A stretch of DNA of 64,000 bases from the human T2T-CHM13v2.0 reference genome, Homo sapiens. The stretch lies in assembly GCF_009914755.1 (NCBI RefSeq), contig NC_060936.1; one strand, 5' to 3'. This document shows positions 13,665 through 30,162 of the stretch, in pieces; positions within the stretch are counted from its first letter, which is position 1; every line of letters begins with the position of its first letter. Both the position numbers and the translations under genes were made by a program. Under the pieces are notes generated by a model, which saw only the letters and a list, made by a program, of their open reading frames with translations, was not told the DNA's origin and did not search any database.

Positions 13665-16600
13665 TTCTGGAAGCTGGAGACGAAGTGGGGAGTGAGAAAT
13701 ACCTAGTCTCTGCCCTCTCTGACTCAGCTTTGACTATCTTGAGAGGTGCCAGCCCAGGGGTTCTTTGAGTGCCAGGCTGACCAGCTTCAATGCCCTGCAG
13801 CAGGCACTCAAGTTCACAGCAGATGGAGTGATGTGGCAGAGGCACAAGGAAAATGATTAATCTGGCAGCGAAAAACAGAATGGATTCGGCTCAGATGATT
13901 AGCAGCCCCAGGAGGGACAAGGAAAAAAAAAAAAAAACCCTGACTCTACGATGGCTCAGCAGAACTGCTCTCTCTAATAAATAATAATTCTCCAGCTTTC
14001 CTGCTAACAGTCACAGGCAGGATTTCTCATCTCTATGCCCGTCCCCCACCAGAAGTCAGGCATGGCCGTGTGGCTTGCCTGGGCCAATGAGATGTCAGCA
14101 GAAGTGATGTAAGTTGCATCTAAGAAGAAGCTCTAAGAAGCAGTGCACAGCCTGCCTCAAGCCCGATGATGCTCCACATGGCAGAGGCCCCCTCTGCATC
14201 CCAGAGTGAGAAGACATGGCACAGAGCCCATTGCCAACACACAGCAGACACATAGCACGGGTGAGAGACAAACGTTGGTTGTTAGAAAACCATGAGATTT
14301 TGGAGTTGTTTGTTACTGCAACACAACTGAGCCGATACTGACTGATACATCTCCGTTTCACAGGTGAGGAAACAAAGTGTGGAAGAGATCACCAAGGTTA
14401 CCCAAAGTCAAACACAGAGTAGAGGCACAGACAAGACTCAAAGACAGGTCTGCCCTTTGCTGCAACCCTCCATTCTGAACAAACCCAGCCAAGCCCCTTA
14501 CTGCTAACCACTTCAATTAAAGCCAATGTCAAGGCCTCCTGGTTTCTAAATGAACAGCCCTGATCATGTTCGTTAAAGGCCCTGTCTGCACAGACTGCTC
14601 ATTTTATCCGAAGCCGCCAACAAGATAAATGGCCCTGTAACTTATTGTTCTGCTGCAAAGCACCTCACGGCAAGCGGCGGCACAGATGCCAGGAATAAAT
14701 CACATCTGATCTTCCGAGAGCCAGGCAGAGCGCCCACGAGGAGTGTCGGAGGCAGGGGAGGTTGGCACAGCCCTGGACCTTGGGGGTTGGAGCAGCCCTG
14801 GACCTTGGGGGGATTCACTAAGGAGCAGAGAGCTGCAGGGGTCTTTATTAGGGCCCCGGAGCTCTGGAGTATACATTGTTCTTTTTTATCGGCCCAGCAC
14901 CTATTTCCCCTTCTTGGGGTTTAATAGCACCCCTTTTTCTCTGGGAAAACCATCTCTCCTCCGCTCTCAGTCTGTCTGGTTCCGATGGGGTCATCCCTTC
15001 TCCCAGTTACAGGGAGGAGCATGAACACGTGACCTACCCTGGTCAATCAGAGCTTCACATTCTTTTGCAGCCATGACTAGCTCAGAGCAGGCAGGTGACC
15101 CACACCAGGCTGATGGGACCCAAACCTCAGACTTCTGCTGAAACTCTAGGAAAAAAGGAGTTCTCTCTTCTAACAGGTTGCTCACAGAAGGAACTTTTCC
15201 GTTGAATTACCTCAGTTTCTAGCACAATTACAGGCACATGGTAGGTGCTTGGTAAAAATGGGCTGGATGAATGAACAATCCACCTGGAGTTAGCACAGCT
15301 GGCTTCTTGTCTGGGCGCAGCCATCTCTAACTTCAAGACAGCTTCTTCACCTCTGCAGGTCTCAGTTTTCTTGCCTATAAAAAGGCATTAATAACAGCAC
15401 TTAGCAGTAGCTGATTATATCAGTTAGCTATTGCTGCCGACATGCTGCGTAACAAAAGATTCCCACCTGCAATCACTCATTATCATTTCCGTGTCTGCCA
15501 GTTGGCTGGGAGTCACCTGATCCAGGCTGGGCTGGGCTGCCCACCTGTCTCTCTTCCTCTTTGGATCAGCAAGTTAACCCAGGGCCTGTTTGTCTCACCC
15601 AGTGACAGAGGCACAGCATAATACAAGGTCCCTGAAGGGATAGGGCCAATACTAGCACAGCCTCATTTCCATTGCCTTCTTATGGCCAAAGCAAGTCACA
15701 TGGCCAGACCTAAAGTCAAGAGGTGGGGAAATGCACTCTACTTCTTTGCCACCCGGTAAAGGGCACAGATGTGGGGGGTGGTGAGGAATTGAGGCTGGCT
15801 GTGTACCCCCACAATGCCATTGTCTGTGCCTTGATGTTGACTTGATCCGTGTCCACCTCCTTCTCCACTAGAATAAACCTCGGAGCACCTGGATCTCTGT
15901 CTGCTTTGTTCACGGCTGTATCCCAGCATCTAGAACGGGGCCCAGGACAGAGTCAATGCACAGCAAATCCTTGTGGAAAGCCTGGCTAGCTGCCCCTGGC
16001 CTCCCTCTGCTGTGAGGATTGAGCCAGGTCAGAGACCCAGACATGGCATTGGAAGTTATGGAAGCCCCTCAAAGACTCACGGTGCAGACCCCTGCTCTGG
16101 CTTTTAAATATCCAGTGGGAATGAATGTCCCATCTCTGACCCTGATGATCAGCAGTGCCAGGGGTCCGGTTCGGGTGAGGGTTGTCACATCTGGGGAGAG
16201 ACCTGCTGGCACTGGCCGTGTTTGCACACCCATCTCTCTCTCCTCTGACTCAGTGGTCCTGGAGAGGCCCCCTCACAGCTCAAAACCATCCCCTTGGATC
16301 AGGAAGGCACAGGTTTAACTCCATGCTGAGGCCACAGACCTCTCTGGGGTGTGCAGGAAGTGGCCCAAAAGGCCCTGGGGAGAGAACAGTCTGCTGGGGC
16401 CATGTGCATGGCCCAGGGCGCCCGAGGCCCAGCCCTGCCTGGGCCTCCCATCCCTGCCCTATGCGGTTTTCCTCTTGCCCTGCTTCCCATCTCTGAGAAG
16501 CAGCAAAGTCACCCTCCCCATCTGCCCTTCCCTGGGGGAGCGGTCCCCACCCCCACGTCCATCTGGACCTCAGTGCGGCCATCCCTCCCATGCACAAAGC

Positions 16601-17395
16601 TCCTCCCAGCCCCAGCACACAGGAAACCTCTCGAGTCTGCCCCCGTGGTGCACACTTCAGCACAAAAGCCTTCCCCCTCTCCAGGCCCAGCCTGAAAGAA
16701 CCAAATGTTCCTCTATTATGCAAGCTCATTCCTCTCTTCCTGCCGCGGCCGAAATTGCAATCTGTGCGGAGGGGTGGAGGGGGAAGAGCAGGCCTAGGAA
16801 AGAGAGAGCTGAACAGCGGCAGAAGGAGCATCCCTCCCACCCTGCTAAACGCCAACTTAGCACCAGCTCCAACCCCTCGAAGGCCCCGGCCAGACACCCC
16901 AGCAGAGGGGATGTGGTGTCAGCACCTGTAACCAAATATGAACCCAGTCGTCCCTGTGGTTTGCCCGGAGGAGATAAACTCTGGGTGTATTCCCACAGTG
17001 AAGAAGAACACTGCTGCCAGCCGGCCATCAACTACAGTGCTTTCATTCCAGGGGGGCTAAGGCGGTGTCAAAGGCACTGATCACCGGAAAACAACATGTG
17101 GGTATTGTGTGTTGAGAGCTGGCTATGCATCAGGCACTGTTGTAAGCACCTTACCCGTTTAGTCCTCACACTCTACGGATAGGTCTTAGTATCACGCCCA
17201 TTGCACAGAGGAGGAAACTGAGGCTCAGAGTGGGTGGCTTCACGGAGGAAGCATAATCAGGAAGCAGAGGATCTGGGGTCCAAACCAGGCAACCTGACCT
17301 CAGATCTGCCCCGTAAACAGCTGCTCTGTTAACCCATGGATCGGCATTTGTGTTCCACAGGCCTTTCCTGCAAGCCGAAAAGCCACACCATCTAA

Positions 17396-17722
<327 letters not shown>

Positions 17723-17729
17723 TTCCACT

Positions 17730-18310
17730 TCTCGGTTTATATCCGAAAGAACAGAAAAGAGAATCTCAAAGAAATATATGCACACTGAAGTTTATAGCAG
17801 CCTGATGTGTTGATTCACAAGAGCTCAAAGGTGGAGGCAACATAAGGGTTTGTGGATGGATGGATAGATGGATGGATGGATGGACGGACGGACGGACAGA
17901 TGGATGGATAAACAAACTGTGGTCCATCCATACAATGGAATATTATCCAGCCAGGAAAAGGAAGAAAACCCTGTCATGTGCTAACCCAATGGATGAACCT
18001 TGAGGACATTATGCTAAGTGAAATAAGCCAGTCACAAAAGGACAAATACTGTTTGATTCCACTTAGAGGAGGTAGCTAGAGTCATCAAATTCATAGAGAC
18101 AGAAAGTAGAATGGCAATTGCCAGGGGCTAGGGAGAGAGAAATGGGAGTGCTTGTTTAATGGGGACAGAGTTTCAGTTCTGCAAGATGAAAAAGTTCTGG
18201 AGATCTGTTGCACAACAGTGTGAATGTACTCAATGCCCCTGAACTGTACACTCGAAAATGGTTAAGATGGTAAATGTTATGTTAGATGTATTTTGCCACA
18301 ATTTTAAAAA
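17730..18310 (+). mobile_element. L1MB-type 3' end
   Basis: atggatgaaccttgaggacattatgctaagtgaaataagccagtcacaaaaggacaaatact...aaaatggttaagatggtaaat. Confidence 0.85.
17853..17909. repeat. (TGGA)n/(CGGA)n microsatellite inside an L1 fragment
   Basis: ggatggatggatagatggatgg...ggacggacgg. Confidence 0.9.
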
Positions 18311-18419
18311 GCGGAACACCATCATTGTTGTCACCATCAGAAGAGTTGCCATGCTTGGACGGCACCTTTTGGACACCCACTGCACTGTTGTAAGGACTTG
18401 ACTTAACCTCCCTGATAGA

Positions 18420-18942
18420 TTGTGTTGATGGCCCCAAGTTTATACCTCACCCTGTATGCATGCCCTTTGCTGTGTGGCTTTGCAATTCCTCTCACCAAAG
18501 AGGTAAAGTTACTCCCCCACCCCTTGAATCTGAAATGGCCTTGTGACTGGTGTCAGCTGATAAAAGTAACAATGTGCTAGTGCCAAGGTGGGCCTTGAAA
18601 AGCCTGGAGCAACTGCTTGTACTCTTCCACCTCTGCCATCATCTCAGATCCTACCCAGGCTAGCCAGCTGGAGGAGAGATGTGCAGAGCAAAGCAGAGCT
18701 CTCCCAGCAATCCCAGCTAAGGCCACCCTGGAGCAACCAATAGCCAGCCACCCCCAGACATGCAAGCGAGCCCAGCTGAAACAGAAGAACCACCCAGCCG
18801 AGACAGAAGAACCGCCCAGCCAAGCCCAGCCTCAATCACTGACCTGCAGATGCATGAGCCTAATAAATGATTATTGTTTGAGGTCACTGATATTTGAGGT
18901 GATTTGTTATGCAGCATTATTTTGTCAATAGATAACTGATAC
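18420..18942 (+). mobile_element. MaLR LTR (MLT1-type)
   Basis: Ends ttgttatgcagcatt...caatagataactgataca. Confidence 0.65.
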
Positions 18943-20783
18943 AAACTCATATAAAAGGCCCCATCTGTTTACTCGCATATTCAGGTGTTCCAACACAACC
19001 TTGTGAAACACCCACTCTGTAACCAGGGATAGAGCTTCAGCAAAGCCTTCGTGAAGCCCACAGCTCAGAAGAGAGAGAAAGATTAAGACCCAAGTGCTCA
19101 CTACACGTGATTAAGTGAAGAGCCCAGGCATAGCCTATGGCAAGAGCACACAGCCAAGGCTTGAGAGATCAAGGAAGTCTTCCCGGAGGAGGAGTGATCA
19201 AAATAGAGGCCCGAAGAAGAAGGGGGAGAAGACAGATTGGGGGTTGCATCCAGGCAGGAACAGAAGAAGTTCCGGGTGGAAAAAACAAGGATAAATGCCG
19301 TGGCTGGGTGGCGGGGAGTGCGTGGATGTCACAGCCTGGCTGCTTGGAAGAATTGCAAGGCCTTTGGGAAATTTGTGCTGGAGCCGGATCATGCAGGGCC
19401 CTGTGCCCCCCATTTCAGAGCTGGGACCTTATTCTGAGGGCCTGGGGGATTTTAGCCGGGAGCTACATGAGCAGATTTGCACTTGAGAAAGATCACTGAG
19501 GCAGCAGTGCAGAAGAGATGTCAGCCGAGCATGCAATTAAGCAGGGCAGTGAGAGGCGAGGTCCCTCCTCCACACTGCAGTGCAGATGCCCCCGTCACCA
19601 GGAGTCGCCAGCAGGCGACCGGCTGTCTCCGCTGCCCTTTCCAAAGCTGGCTCCCTCTTGGGCAGCGATGCAGAAACGGAGGTTGACCAAGGGTACGCCA
19701 CTCCATCATTAGCCCGGCTCCCCAGGGACTCACGCAGTGGCAGGAAGGAGGACTTCTGCCAACTGTCAGCCCACTCCCTACCCAATCAGCGGGGCCGCCA
19801 GCTGCAGAAGATGCCCTGCCCAACCGGAGCCATGACGCCCCTGGGGCCACCTTCAACGCATCAGTGGAAAACAAATTTGCTGATCCCAGCCCTGGCCGAA
19901 GGCAGCCAAAATCCTCCTGCCAACCCCATCAGCATGTCGCCACCTGGTCAGGCAGCCGGCGCCCCTGCCCCAGCTGGCCTCCCCGCACCGGCGAGACCCC
20001 TCATCCATCAAGCAGGATCATCCCTTGGCATCCATCACTCCGGAGAAGAGAAATAAAGACATTGCCATATCGTTGAACCAGGATTGATGTCCCTGCTGTG
20101 AAAACAAACGTCGCGTCTTCCCGCCAACATTTATTTTTGATAAATGCTGTGACTTTGCCTTGACATTTCAGAAGCAGCAGGAGACCATTACCCGGTGACA
20201 ATGTTCTATTCCACTGACATTATCTCTTAATTATAATATGCAAGTAATGCTGAAAAAAATGGCCCATAAATAGCTCATTTGGAGTTGCTGCATTCTGCCC
20301 TGTCAGGGGACGCTGAACGATTTCATTCAGCACTTGCAAATGAGGGGAGACAAATGGATATCTGGGGACCTTGTGTGTCCTGCCTCCTCAATGACAAAGC
20401 TTGCAGGGTGGCAGAGAGGTGGCAAGGAGGTGAGGATTTCAGGGCATCTGCTGGGCTTCCACCAGTCTCCAGGGTGCCCTTCCCCATCCCCCAAATCAGA
20501 GGGCACTTCACTCCCACCACCAATCAACAGCCTGCCAACTCCAGTCCTGCAAAAACAGTTTAATATTTAGTGCAGAGGGACAGGCATTGATTTTTTTTTA
20601 ATCAGGAAATTAATTGCGTTAAGAGGCACGGAGGTTGAGGGAAGGGCCACCTGGAGGAAATCCCATTTGGCAACTCATTTGGGTTCTTGAGGGCGGATGA
20701 AACAGTCCCCAAAGTTCAGAGAGAACGGGCTTCTAGGAGAGGGTCTGCAGGGACGAGGCAAACAGAGGCTTTGGGATGGCTCA

Positions 20784-21005
<222 letters not shown>

Positions 21006-21143
21006 ACCCACAGTACAACCAAAAGTCAGCACTAACATTTATGGGAACCTGACACTTCTGGGGACAAGAAGGGGCAAGTGAATTTATGCTTTAAAAATCA
21101 TCATGGCTCCAAACACAGACCAGTAAAAACAAAAGCTCCAGGC

Positions 21144-21305
21144 CAGGGTTTCTCAACCCTGGGCAATTCTGCCCCCCATGGCACAGGTGGCAGTGTCTGT
21201 AGACACTTTGAGTTGTCATAACTGGGAGTTGGGGTGGCCCTGGCACCTCGCGGGCCAGGGATGCTGGTAAACACCCTAGAGGACACAGGGCGGCCCCACA
21301 GCCCC
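21144..21305. mobile_element. MER20-like hAT DNA transposon
   Basis: cagggtttctcaacc...gcaattctgcccccc...ggccagggatgctg. Confidence 0.7.
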
Positions 21306-22453
21306 AGCGCCAGCAGAGCAGAGGCTGAGTGGCCCCGGTCCAAACAGCCACACAGGGAAGTGGTTGATGGGTATTTGGAGAATGTTAGGTGCCTTGACGT
21401 GGTTGAGAAAAGTCTAGACATACCAGATAGCTGTCAGCTTTGGAAGAAGATGTGTAAATATTAAATATGAGGCTTTAACATCTGAGGATCTCTGCTAAAG
21501 GGATGGAAGACTATGCTTTCCAGACTGGCAGGGGAGGGGAGGAAGTGAGGAGGCCAGCCCCAGCTCCGTTAAACGCCAAGAAGGGGAAACATCTTCCCAT
21601 CAGCGCTTTGAGGAGGTTCTCCTTCTTCTTCATTTCACAGATGAGGAAACCAAGGCTCCGGGAAGACCACGTGCCCAGGCGCCATGGTGGTGAGGGCAAC
21701 CGAGGGGTTCAGCCTTGGAGTCAGACGGCAGCCTGGGCTCACAGGCTGGTCACCTTGGGTGAACGACCTGACTTCTCTGGGCCTTTGCTTCCTCACCTGT
21801 AATTGAGGCTGATATGCCCACCGTGGAGGCTGCTGCAGGGATGGGCTGGGCTCACACAGCTCCTCCAGCAGGGAGACAACGCAAGTCCGATGGTTCGAGG
21901 CTATCATGAGGGGAACTACCGACCACACAGGCAGGAAGGTCAGGGAGGTGCTGGGGCTCAGGGGCCAGAACGGTAGGGAGCTGCTGCCCCCACAGCGGAA
22001 AGGAATTTCACCTGCAGGCAGGGGAGAGAGGGAGCCATGGAAGGGCCTCCCAGCAGGGGCTGAGATGTGGGAAGGGGACAGAGCTGGCCCCACGGTCATG
22101 GTCACTGGGCACCAGCCACAGCCAGACCCCCAGAAGCAGGGAGGGCTCTAGGGGCTGAATACTCCAGCCTCTCTGCTTCCTACCCAGCCTGACGCCAGAG
22201 GCGTATGGAGTCCACAGGGTCCCCTTCCCCATAGAGAGTGTGGAGCGGGCACCGCAGGGGCCTCTGGGAGAATAACCAGCAGCAGGACAAGCGCCGCACA
22301 GGCACCAGGAAGGGGAAGGGCACCAGCCTATGGTTGCAAGAAGCAGCAGGAGCAATGGAGCACAGACCGAAGCCCAGCTCCCCAGGTTCAAGTCCACATC
22401 GAGCCCTCCTGGCTGTGTGACCCATGCAAGTGGCTGATCCTCTCTGTGCATCA

Positions 22454-22834
<381 letters not shown>

Positions 22835-24562
22835 TCATTCAAACCAGAAAGAAGAATAAAAGATGGCCCCAGTGGGGGTTGGGGGATGGTCTCTGGAAGG
22901 GAAGGGGGCTCAGGACGCCTCCAGTATTTTGTGTGTATTTTCCCCTTGTTCTCAAGAATGCCATGAGAGCTCAGCCAAGGGGACACTCACAAGCTCTGGG
23001 GGAGACCTGGGTTGGGATCCCAGCGGCCTCATGACCTCACTGTGCAGCTTTCAACAGCTCATTCAGCCTCTCTGAGCCTTGGTGTCCTCATCTGTAACAA
23101 GGGGAGAACTTCTCCTTGAAGAATTTGTGTATGGAGGGAAAGACGCAACAGAAGGCAAGCACTAAGCACATAAAAGGCACTTGGAAAATGTGAGCGCCCT
23201 TTTAGAAATTCCCAATGTCTATTTTAACCACAGCCCTGGCTGTTGCATCAAAGAGTGGAGAGCTTGGCTGGAAAATGTTACACCTTTAGGTGTTCAGAGA
23301 TGTGTGGTGACTTCCTCCCCCAGCTTCGTGCATGTGTGTCTTGTACCAACTCTTTTCAACCCACTCCCCAGGCAGTCCGTGCTGGCCTGGTGCCATCACT
23401 GACATCACTGTGGGCAGCCTGGGTTGACCTGGCCTGAAACCCCGTAGTCCTCACAGTCTGTCTGCTGCCTTCTCCAAAGGGAGGGGCTCCCCACACCCTG
23501 GTTTGTCTGCCACCAGTGGGATCTGCAGATCTGACTTTCAAGGCACTGTGGCCCCAGAGCAAAGGGAACGGCTCCTTTTTCCTTGGGCATGCAGCTGAGG
23601 GCAGAGAATAGCTACTCTGTCACTGGAAGGGATTTCTATGACAGCAGAGATTTGGGTCTGTTTTGTTCAATCCTCTCTCCCCAGTGCCTAGAACCGAGCC
23701 TGGCCAGGAACATGTGTTCCATAACCATCTGCTGAATGAATGAAGAGGAAGCTGCCATTTACCGAGTACTTGCTATGAGCCAGGCACTGTGCTAAGCCCG
23801 TTCAATGCATCGTTTCATCGACTCCTCCCTGCCCGTGCAGAAGGTGTGTCAGTCAGGGAGGTCTAGGTCATGCTGCAGTAACAAATAATCCCCTAGATCT
23901 CCATAGCTTGAAATAACAAAAGTCCGCCTCTTGCTCACGCTGCAGAAGCCAGCTTGGGCTCTGCTCCATGTAGTCCTCATTCTGGGACTCAAGGCAATAC
24001 ATCCACCAATGTCTCAGACATTGCCTGTCACCATGGTGGAAGGAAAGAACTCTGAACCAGCAACTAAATGCTGCAGCCCAAGAAGTGAGCTGAGTGATTC
24101 TTTGCTGTCAGCTCATCAGCCAAAACGAGTCACAAACGCAACCCCCCATCCACAGGCAGGCCAGGAAGTGCTATCCCCCTGTGTGCCCAGAAGGTAAAAG
24201 TTAGAACTCACGGCCACCACAGTGGTGTTTTTATTATCCTCATCTTTACTGATGAGGAAGTTGAGGCTCAGAGAGGTTAAGTGACTTTCTCAAAGTCACA
24301 CAGCTAGTGAATCATAAACCCAGGATTCCAACCCAGTTCTCTATGACTCTAGAAGCTAGCGTCTTAGCTGTTATCATTCGAAGCCCTTCAGTAGGATCTG
24401 TTTAGCCCCGCTCATGCAAAAAACACCACATTCAGTGAATCAGGCTGATGAGGTATAGCCACCCACACACCTCCAGAAAGAGGTGGATAGCCACAGACGC
24501 TTAGACTCAAGTTACACACCTAAAAGGCAGAGGCAAATACCACCTCAAAACTGACAGACTGA

Positions 24563-24930
<368 letters not shown>

Positions 24931-25177
24931 TAATTAAAACTCAGGAGATTTCACATTTTAAAAAACCACATTCTCTTCTTAAAAAAAAATAGACGATCTG
25001 GCAACATTGGTCTGCATTCCCTTGAGGCAGTAATCAGTTCTGCAATCACAGGAAGGCAGCCTGGGCCGGAGTGCAGAGGGAGGGGGTGTCATTACCCCAG
25101 AATCCAACACACAGAATGCCACTGTCTTTAACCACAGGTCTAACGCCTCACTTTCACACTTTAACATGTTTTCATCA

Positions 25178-25523
<346 letters not shown>

Positions 25524-25835
25524 TTAAAAGTGATGAACAGGTGCCACTTTGGGGAGGTAAGGCATCAGCTGTTCCCACACCCACCCCCTTGATCTCTAGC
25601 CATGCTTGTGGGTAGGGCATGCCTTTACCCTATAGCCAGTCGCACAAACTACCCTACCACTCAATGAACAAGCACCTGGCCTGTTGGGCCTATTTACACT
25701 GCCTGCCCAGTTCTGTAAGCATTTGAACTTGCCTCCACTGATCCACATGCATCCCTCCATTTAAAAAAACTAGTTTTACACAATGTACGATAACCACACT
25801 ACTCCCATGTGCAAGAACGCTCATGATGTGTTTGA

Positions 25836-25870
25836 CAGTGGCACCTGCTGGTGATGTGTGGTATTACAGC
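25836..25870 (-). promoter_or_regulatory. Probable CTCF motif with upstream (U) module
   Basis: Minus strand GCTGTAATAC-CACACATCA-CCAGCAGGTGCCACTG; one core mismatch. Confidence 0.5.
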
Positions 25871-27637
25871 TCAGCTCCACTAGACCTTGTAAATACTTAG
25901 CTAAACTGGGTCGTGGATGTTAGGGTTTGTTCCAAGAGTGCTTTATGACACATTTGAAAATCTTCCCAAACTATTTTCAACTGAAAGTGCATAAAATGTT
26001 TTTCTTAATGATCCTCATGAGAATCTGAAATTGATGGGGCAGGAATTAGAATTCCTGTTGGACAGAAGTGGACACAGGCACAGAGGGGTCAAAGTGACTT
26101 GCCTGAGGGACACAGTGAATCCAATCTTCTTCAGCACACAGCTCTAGCTTCCAAACCCTGCCATCTGCCTAATCTCCAAGGCTGACATCATGAAGGAAAC
26201 TATGTCCTTCCCTCAAACAGCTGTTACTGCCACAGACAGAGAGACCACAGGGCCAAGCACACCACAGTGCATGACCAGAGATGCCAGTGTTTAATCTCAG
26301 AGTCCCTGTTCCCTGAAATGGAAGAAATTCCTGTGGCCCAGAAAAGAACAGATGAGGCTGGTCATAGAAGCAGAGGGAAAATCCCAGAGACCAGAAGGGT
26401 GTTGCACAGTTCTGAGAAACCACTGCAGGCCCAACCACAAGCCTCAGGCTTAATACCTTCCATGCCAAGTTGTTCCAGTCCATCTGCAGAGATGTTTTCC
26501 CAGGGGAGTGGAAGTCCCATTTTGCAATGGAAGCTGAGGAGGTAAGTGAGATCTGGTTTGCAGAAACATGTGCATCATGGCCAATGTTGCTCAAACATCT
26601 GTTCCTGAAAGGGGGAAGAAAAAAAAAAGCTCCCTCTTAAAAGCCTCCCTCTGCCTCAGTCGAGGACTTCTAAATGCTATGAAGTTTGCTAGGGCTAAGG
26701 CTTCATGGCAAACGTGTTGTGAAATCTGGAAACACTCATGACTCCAGAGATATTTGGCCTTTATGCTCAGACCCTCCATCCAGCCTAGCTCCCAAGACTT
26801 CAGAGAGGAAAGTCAGAGAAACAGCCCCCACCAGGGCAGTGCACCTTATTCTTCCCTCAGCCAAACCTCCAGGCTTCTCCCTCCCAGTTCTCCTGCCCTC
26901 TCTTTCCTGTTTTGTTGTGGGTTTCGGAGATCCAAGCACTATTTTTAGACATGTTTATTCTTACTCCTCTTCTTCCCCTCCCATTCTTGACCTCTCTGGA
27001 ATGAGCCTGGATGCTCCCCTGCCAGGGGCTTTTCTGGAGTGATTGGACACATGCTTGGTATGCGGGGGGCCTCTTTCTAGATGGAGCTGGGACTGGATTT
27101 GGGGGAAATGAGCCTTGCAACCTCCTTTCCTCTCCCAGGCTCCTCAGAAGCTCTAGAGCCAGGACCTGTGTGCATTCATTGCCTTTGCCTGGAAATTATG
27201 TTTCTTGAAGCTGGGTTCCCAAGTTGAGTTTCACTTGGGATAAGGGATAAGATAAAGTGGGATGCCTCAGCCAGCACCCACAGCAAGCTCTGGTTCCCAG
27301 TCAATGAGGAGGTATGCAGAGTAGCTGATAAGCATGTATGCCCCCCAACCAGTGGCCAATATTCATATCCAGACTCCGATCCTTTCCAGCCATAAGACCT
27401 TGGACAATGACCTCGCCTCTCTGTGCCTCAGTTTCCTCATCTGTAAAATGAAGATGATGATGATAACAGCACTCGCCTGGGTTATGATGAAAACTAAGTG
27501 AGCATATGCCAAGGGTTTAAAATAGTGCACGGCACTCAGAAAGATTCAATGAATGCTAGCAACAGTCTGTTCCAGGAGAGCAAGCCAGGATGCCAGAGCT
27601 GAGCTTGCCTGACTGGGCTGGGAGTGGCCGGCATTGA

Positions 27638-27985
<348 letters not shown>

Positions 27986-28440
27986 TGAGGTTTGGATCAG
28001 GATTGCCCATCCCTGGGAGACCACAGCCAGCCATTTGGCCTGGACTCTGAGTTCACAAAAACACCACAAATCAGATTTTGGAGAAGATCTTGAATGTACT
28101 GTCCTAGAGCCCCACACCACCAAGATTAAAAGAACTGTGATAATTTCCCCTTTCTAAATCCTGCCCTCTCTGGACATGGTTCATTAAGAATTTTGCAAGC
28201 CTTGTAACTTCACAAAAATATATTGCATGACTATTTCATGTATGGAAGCTGTTAAATTTTTACATGTAAACATACAAGAGAACATAGTTCTTGCAGCCTT
28301 AGTTCATCAGTTTTTCATTTTTTATCTTTGCTATGTCCAGAGCCTCAAACAACAGACGTTTCCCAGCCCCTGGGACCGCCAGAGAGACCCGGGCTGCTGG
28401 GGCCTCCCTGAATCTGGGGCCGCCCTGAAGGCTGGACCCA

Positions 28441-28460
28441 CAGCGCCCCCTGGCGGCCAC
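28441..28460 (-). promoter_or_regulatory. CTCF-binding motif (near consensus)
   Basis: Minus strand GTGGCCGCCAGGGGGCGCTG versus consensus TGGCCACCAGGGGGCGCTA; lies in unique sequence. Confidence 0.75.
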
Positions 28461-29116
28461 AATCCGCACGTGCAGCCTCTGGCAGGCCCTGGGCAGGTCT
28501 GCAGAACTCCCCTCCCGCAACCACATCCCCAGCCTCGCTACACCCCAGATCATTTATTCATTAACTCAGCAAAGACTGATTTGCATGCATGCCCATGGAC
28601 CACGAACCCCACAGAACTCGGTGCCTGCCTTCAGCAGCGTAAAGTCTAAAGAGGGAGACAGCGCGACCAATTGCTCACACACACAAAAAAGATCCACCTT
28701 GCAAATATAGCCTCACCCCTCAGCCTCCGTCTTCCCATCTGTGAAATGGTCCCCTCAAGTCTCCCTGCTGTACAGGTCACTGGATAGCTCCATGAAACAT
28801 GTGCTCCCCTGAGCATCAAAAGGGGCTGCTGTTATTTGTGCTGTTGCTACGTTGGGATTCCTGGTGGTGCTTTCTCTCTCTGGCCTCTCACATTCCAGAT
28901 GCCCTGGGGGTGGGTGGACCGGGATAGGGGATGAATCCGGTGTGGGTGACACAACAACCTCAGTGTCCTGACTCCTCCCTCTGCAGCCCCCACAGGGAGT
29001 TCACAGCCATTCAATCCATGCTGAGCTAAGCCCGGGTCTGCACTGGGGGATCGGGGCCCTACTTGCTCCCAGCCCCACCTTCCTGCCTCCCTCCTCAGTT
29101 AGTGGCACCTCCCTCT

Positions 29117-29810
<694 letters not shown>

Positions 29811-29936
29811 TCACTGGACGCGTCCTCACCCCTCCCTTCCCACATCCAGTTTAGCACCATGTTCTATGAGCTCCAGCCCCTAAAAATACACCCCGCATCT
29901 GTCCCTTCTTCATCCACTGCTCCGCCCTGGCCCAGG

Positions 29937-29963
29937 CCACCACCACCACCACCACCACCACCA
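29937..29963. repeat. (CCA)n trinucleotide repeat
   Basis: ccaccaccacc... explains the poly-Pro and poly-Gly runs in spurious ORFs. Confidence 0.9.
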
Positions 29964-30162
29964 TCTGTCACCAGGAGGAGGGCCACTGCCTCCAGCCAGA
30001 CCTCCAGCATCCACGCCTGCCCCCGCAGCCTCTCCCACAGCAGAAACAGCAAACGCAGCCCTCCCTGATGGAAAAATCTCCAGTGGTTTCCCACTGTACT
30101 TAAAATCCTAACTGCGAGGCCCCCCAGCTCTCCACCTCCATCTCCCTCCAACCCCCTCCCAC

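Noticed and set aside
16349-17080. Longest ORF in the window (243 aa) and overlapping 205/114/113-aa ORFs
   Set aside because: Pro/Ser/Arg-rich, no recognisable domain, non-ATG start and open in several frames on both strands, as expected by chance in GC-rich DNA.
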